The notes under the pieces: generated by a model
What the model saw: only the letters and a program-made list of their open reading frames with translations
Told to the model about the DNA's origin: nothing
Database searches by the model: none
Translations under genes and position numbers: made by a program
Shown here: positions 63,633-64,000 of the stretch, piece by piece
Position numbering within the stretch: position 1 is the stretch's first letter
How the letters are laid out: every line of letters begins with the position of its first letter
From: Octopus bimaculoides
Lineage: Eukaryota
Reading direction: 5' to 3'
DNA: 64,000 nucleotides
Assembly (NCBI RefSeq): GCF_001194135.2
Contig: NC_068997.1
Span: 29,390,725-29,454,724, forward strand

Positions 63633-64000
63633 GAGGACCAACTTCTCTTTATTGTGTGGCATTCTTCAATTGATTTACCTTTGACAATCACAAATATTCA
63701 TGAATGAGTGACCAACCTGTCCTAATGACTCGAGTTATTGCATTCAAGCCTTTGCATTGTTCAAGGACATTAACAGAGTAAACAAAGAAATATTTCCAAT
63801 CAGAAATTTCAAAATGAGTTGCTACTGCAATTTGCCACCAGTTTAAATATGTCTCCAGCACTTTCACTGCTCTGAGTAAAATTCAAGACTTAAAAATACA
63901 TAGCACTCGTTCTTAAAGAGAACACAAAGTGCTACTACACTAAACAAGTCAGGTGAATAAAAAAAAAAAAGAAGCACCCAGAAGAAGAAAAAAGTAAAAC

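Overview
AT-rich animal genomic DNA with six N gaps. The repeat content (CORE-type and other tRNA-derived SINEs, RTE LINEs, Tc1/mariner) looks like a coleoid cephalopod, probably Octopus; this taxon call is an inference. Most of the window is one plus-strand gene, the cytoplasmic dynein-2 intermediate chain WDR60/DYNC2I1. I assembled 32 coding exons by hand (11658-58919, 2820 nt, about 939 aa, all GT-AG with consistent phases); the true first exon is not resolved. An intact, intronless, CpG-rich acylphosphatase gene (24918-25223) is nested on the same strand in intron 10. The last three exons of a Lifeguard/TMBIM-family gene lie tail-to-tail on the minus strand (60449-61956). The most unusual observations are: a tRNA-headed repeat whose tail carries a CpG-decayed minimal hammerhead-ribozyme motif plus an inverted copy of that tail; twin GG-ended MITEs with 8-bp TSDs; a local templated 159-bp insertion with an 18-bp target duplication; long intronic hairpins beside WDR60 exons; and an array of 14 consecutive phase-0 exons. 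No prokaryotic features, CRISPR arrays, rRNA or bona fide tRNA genes were found.
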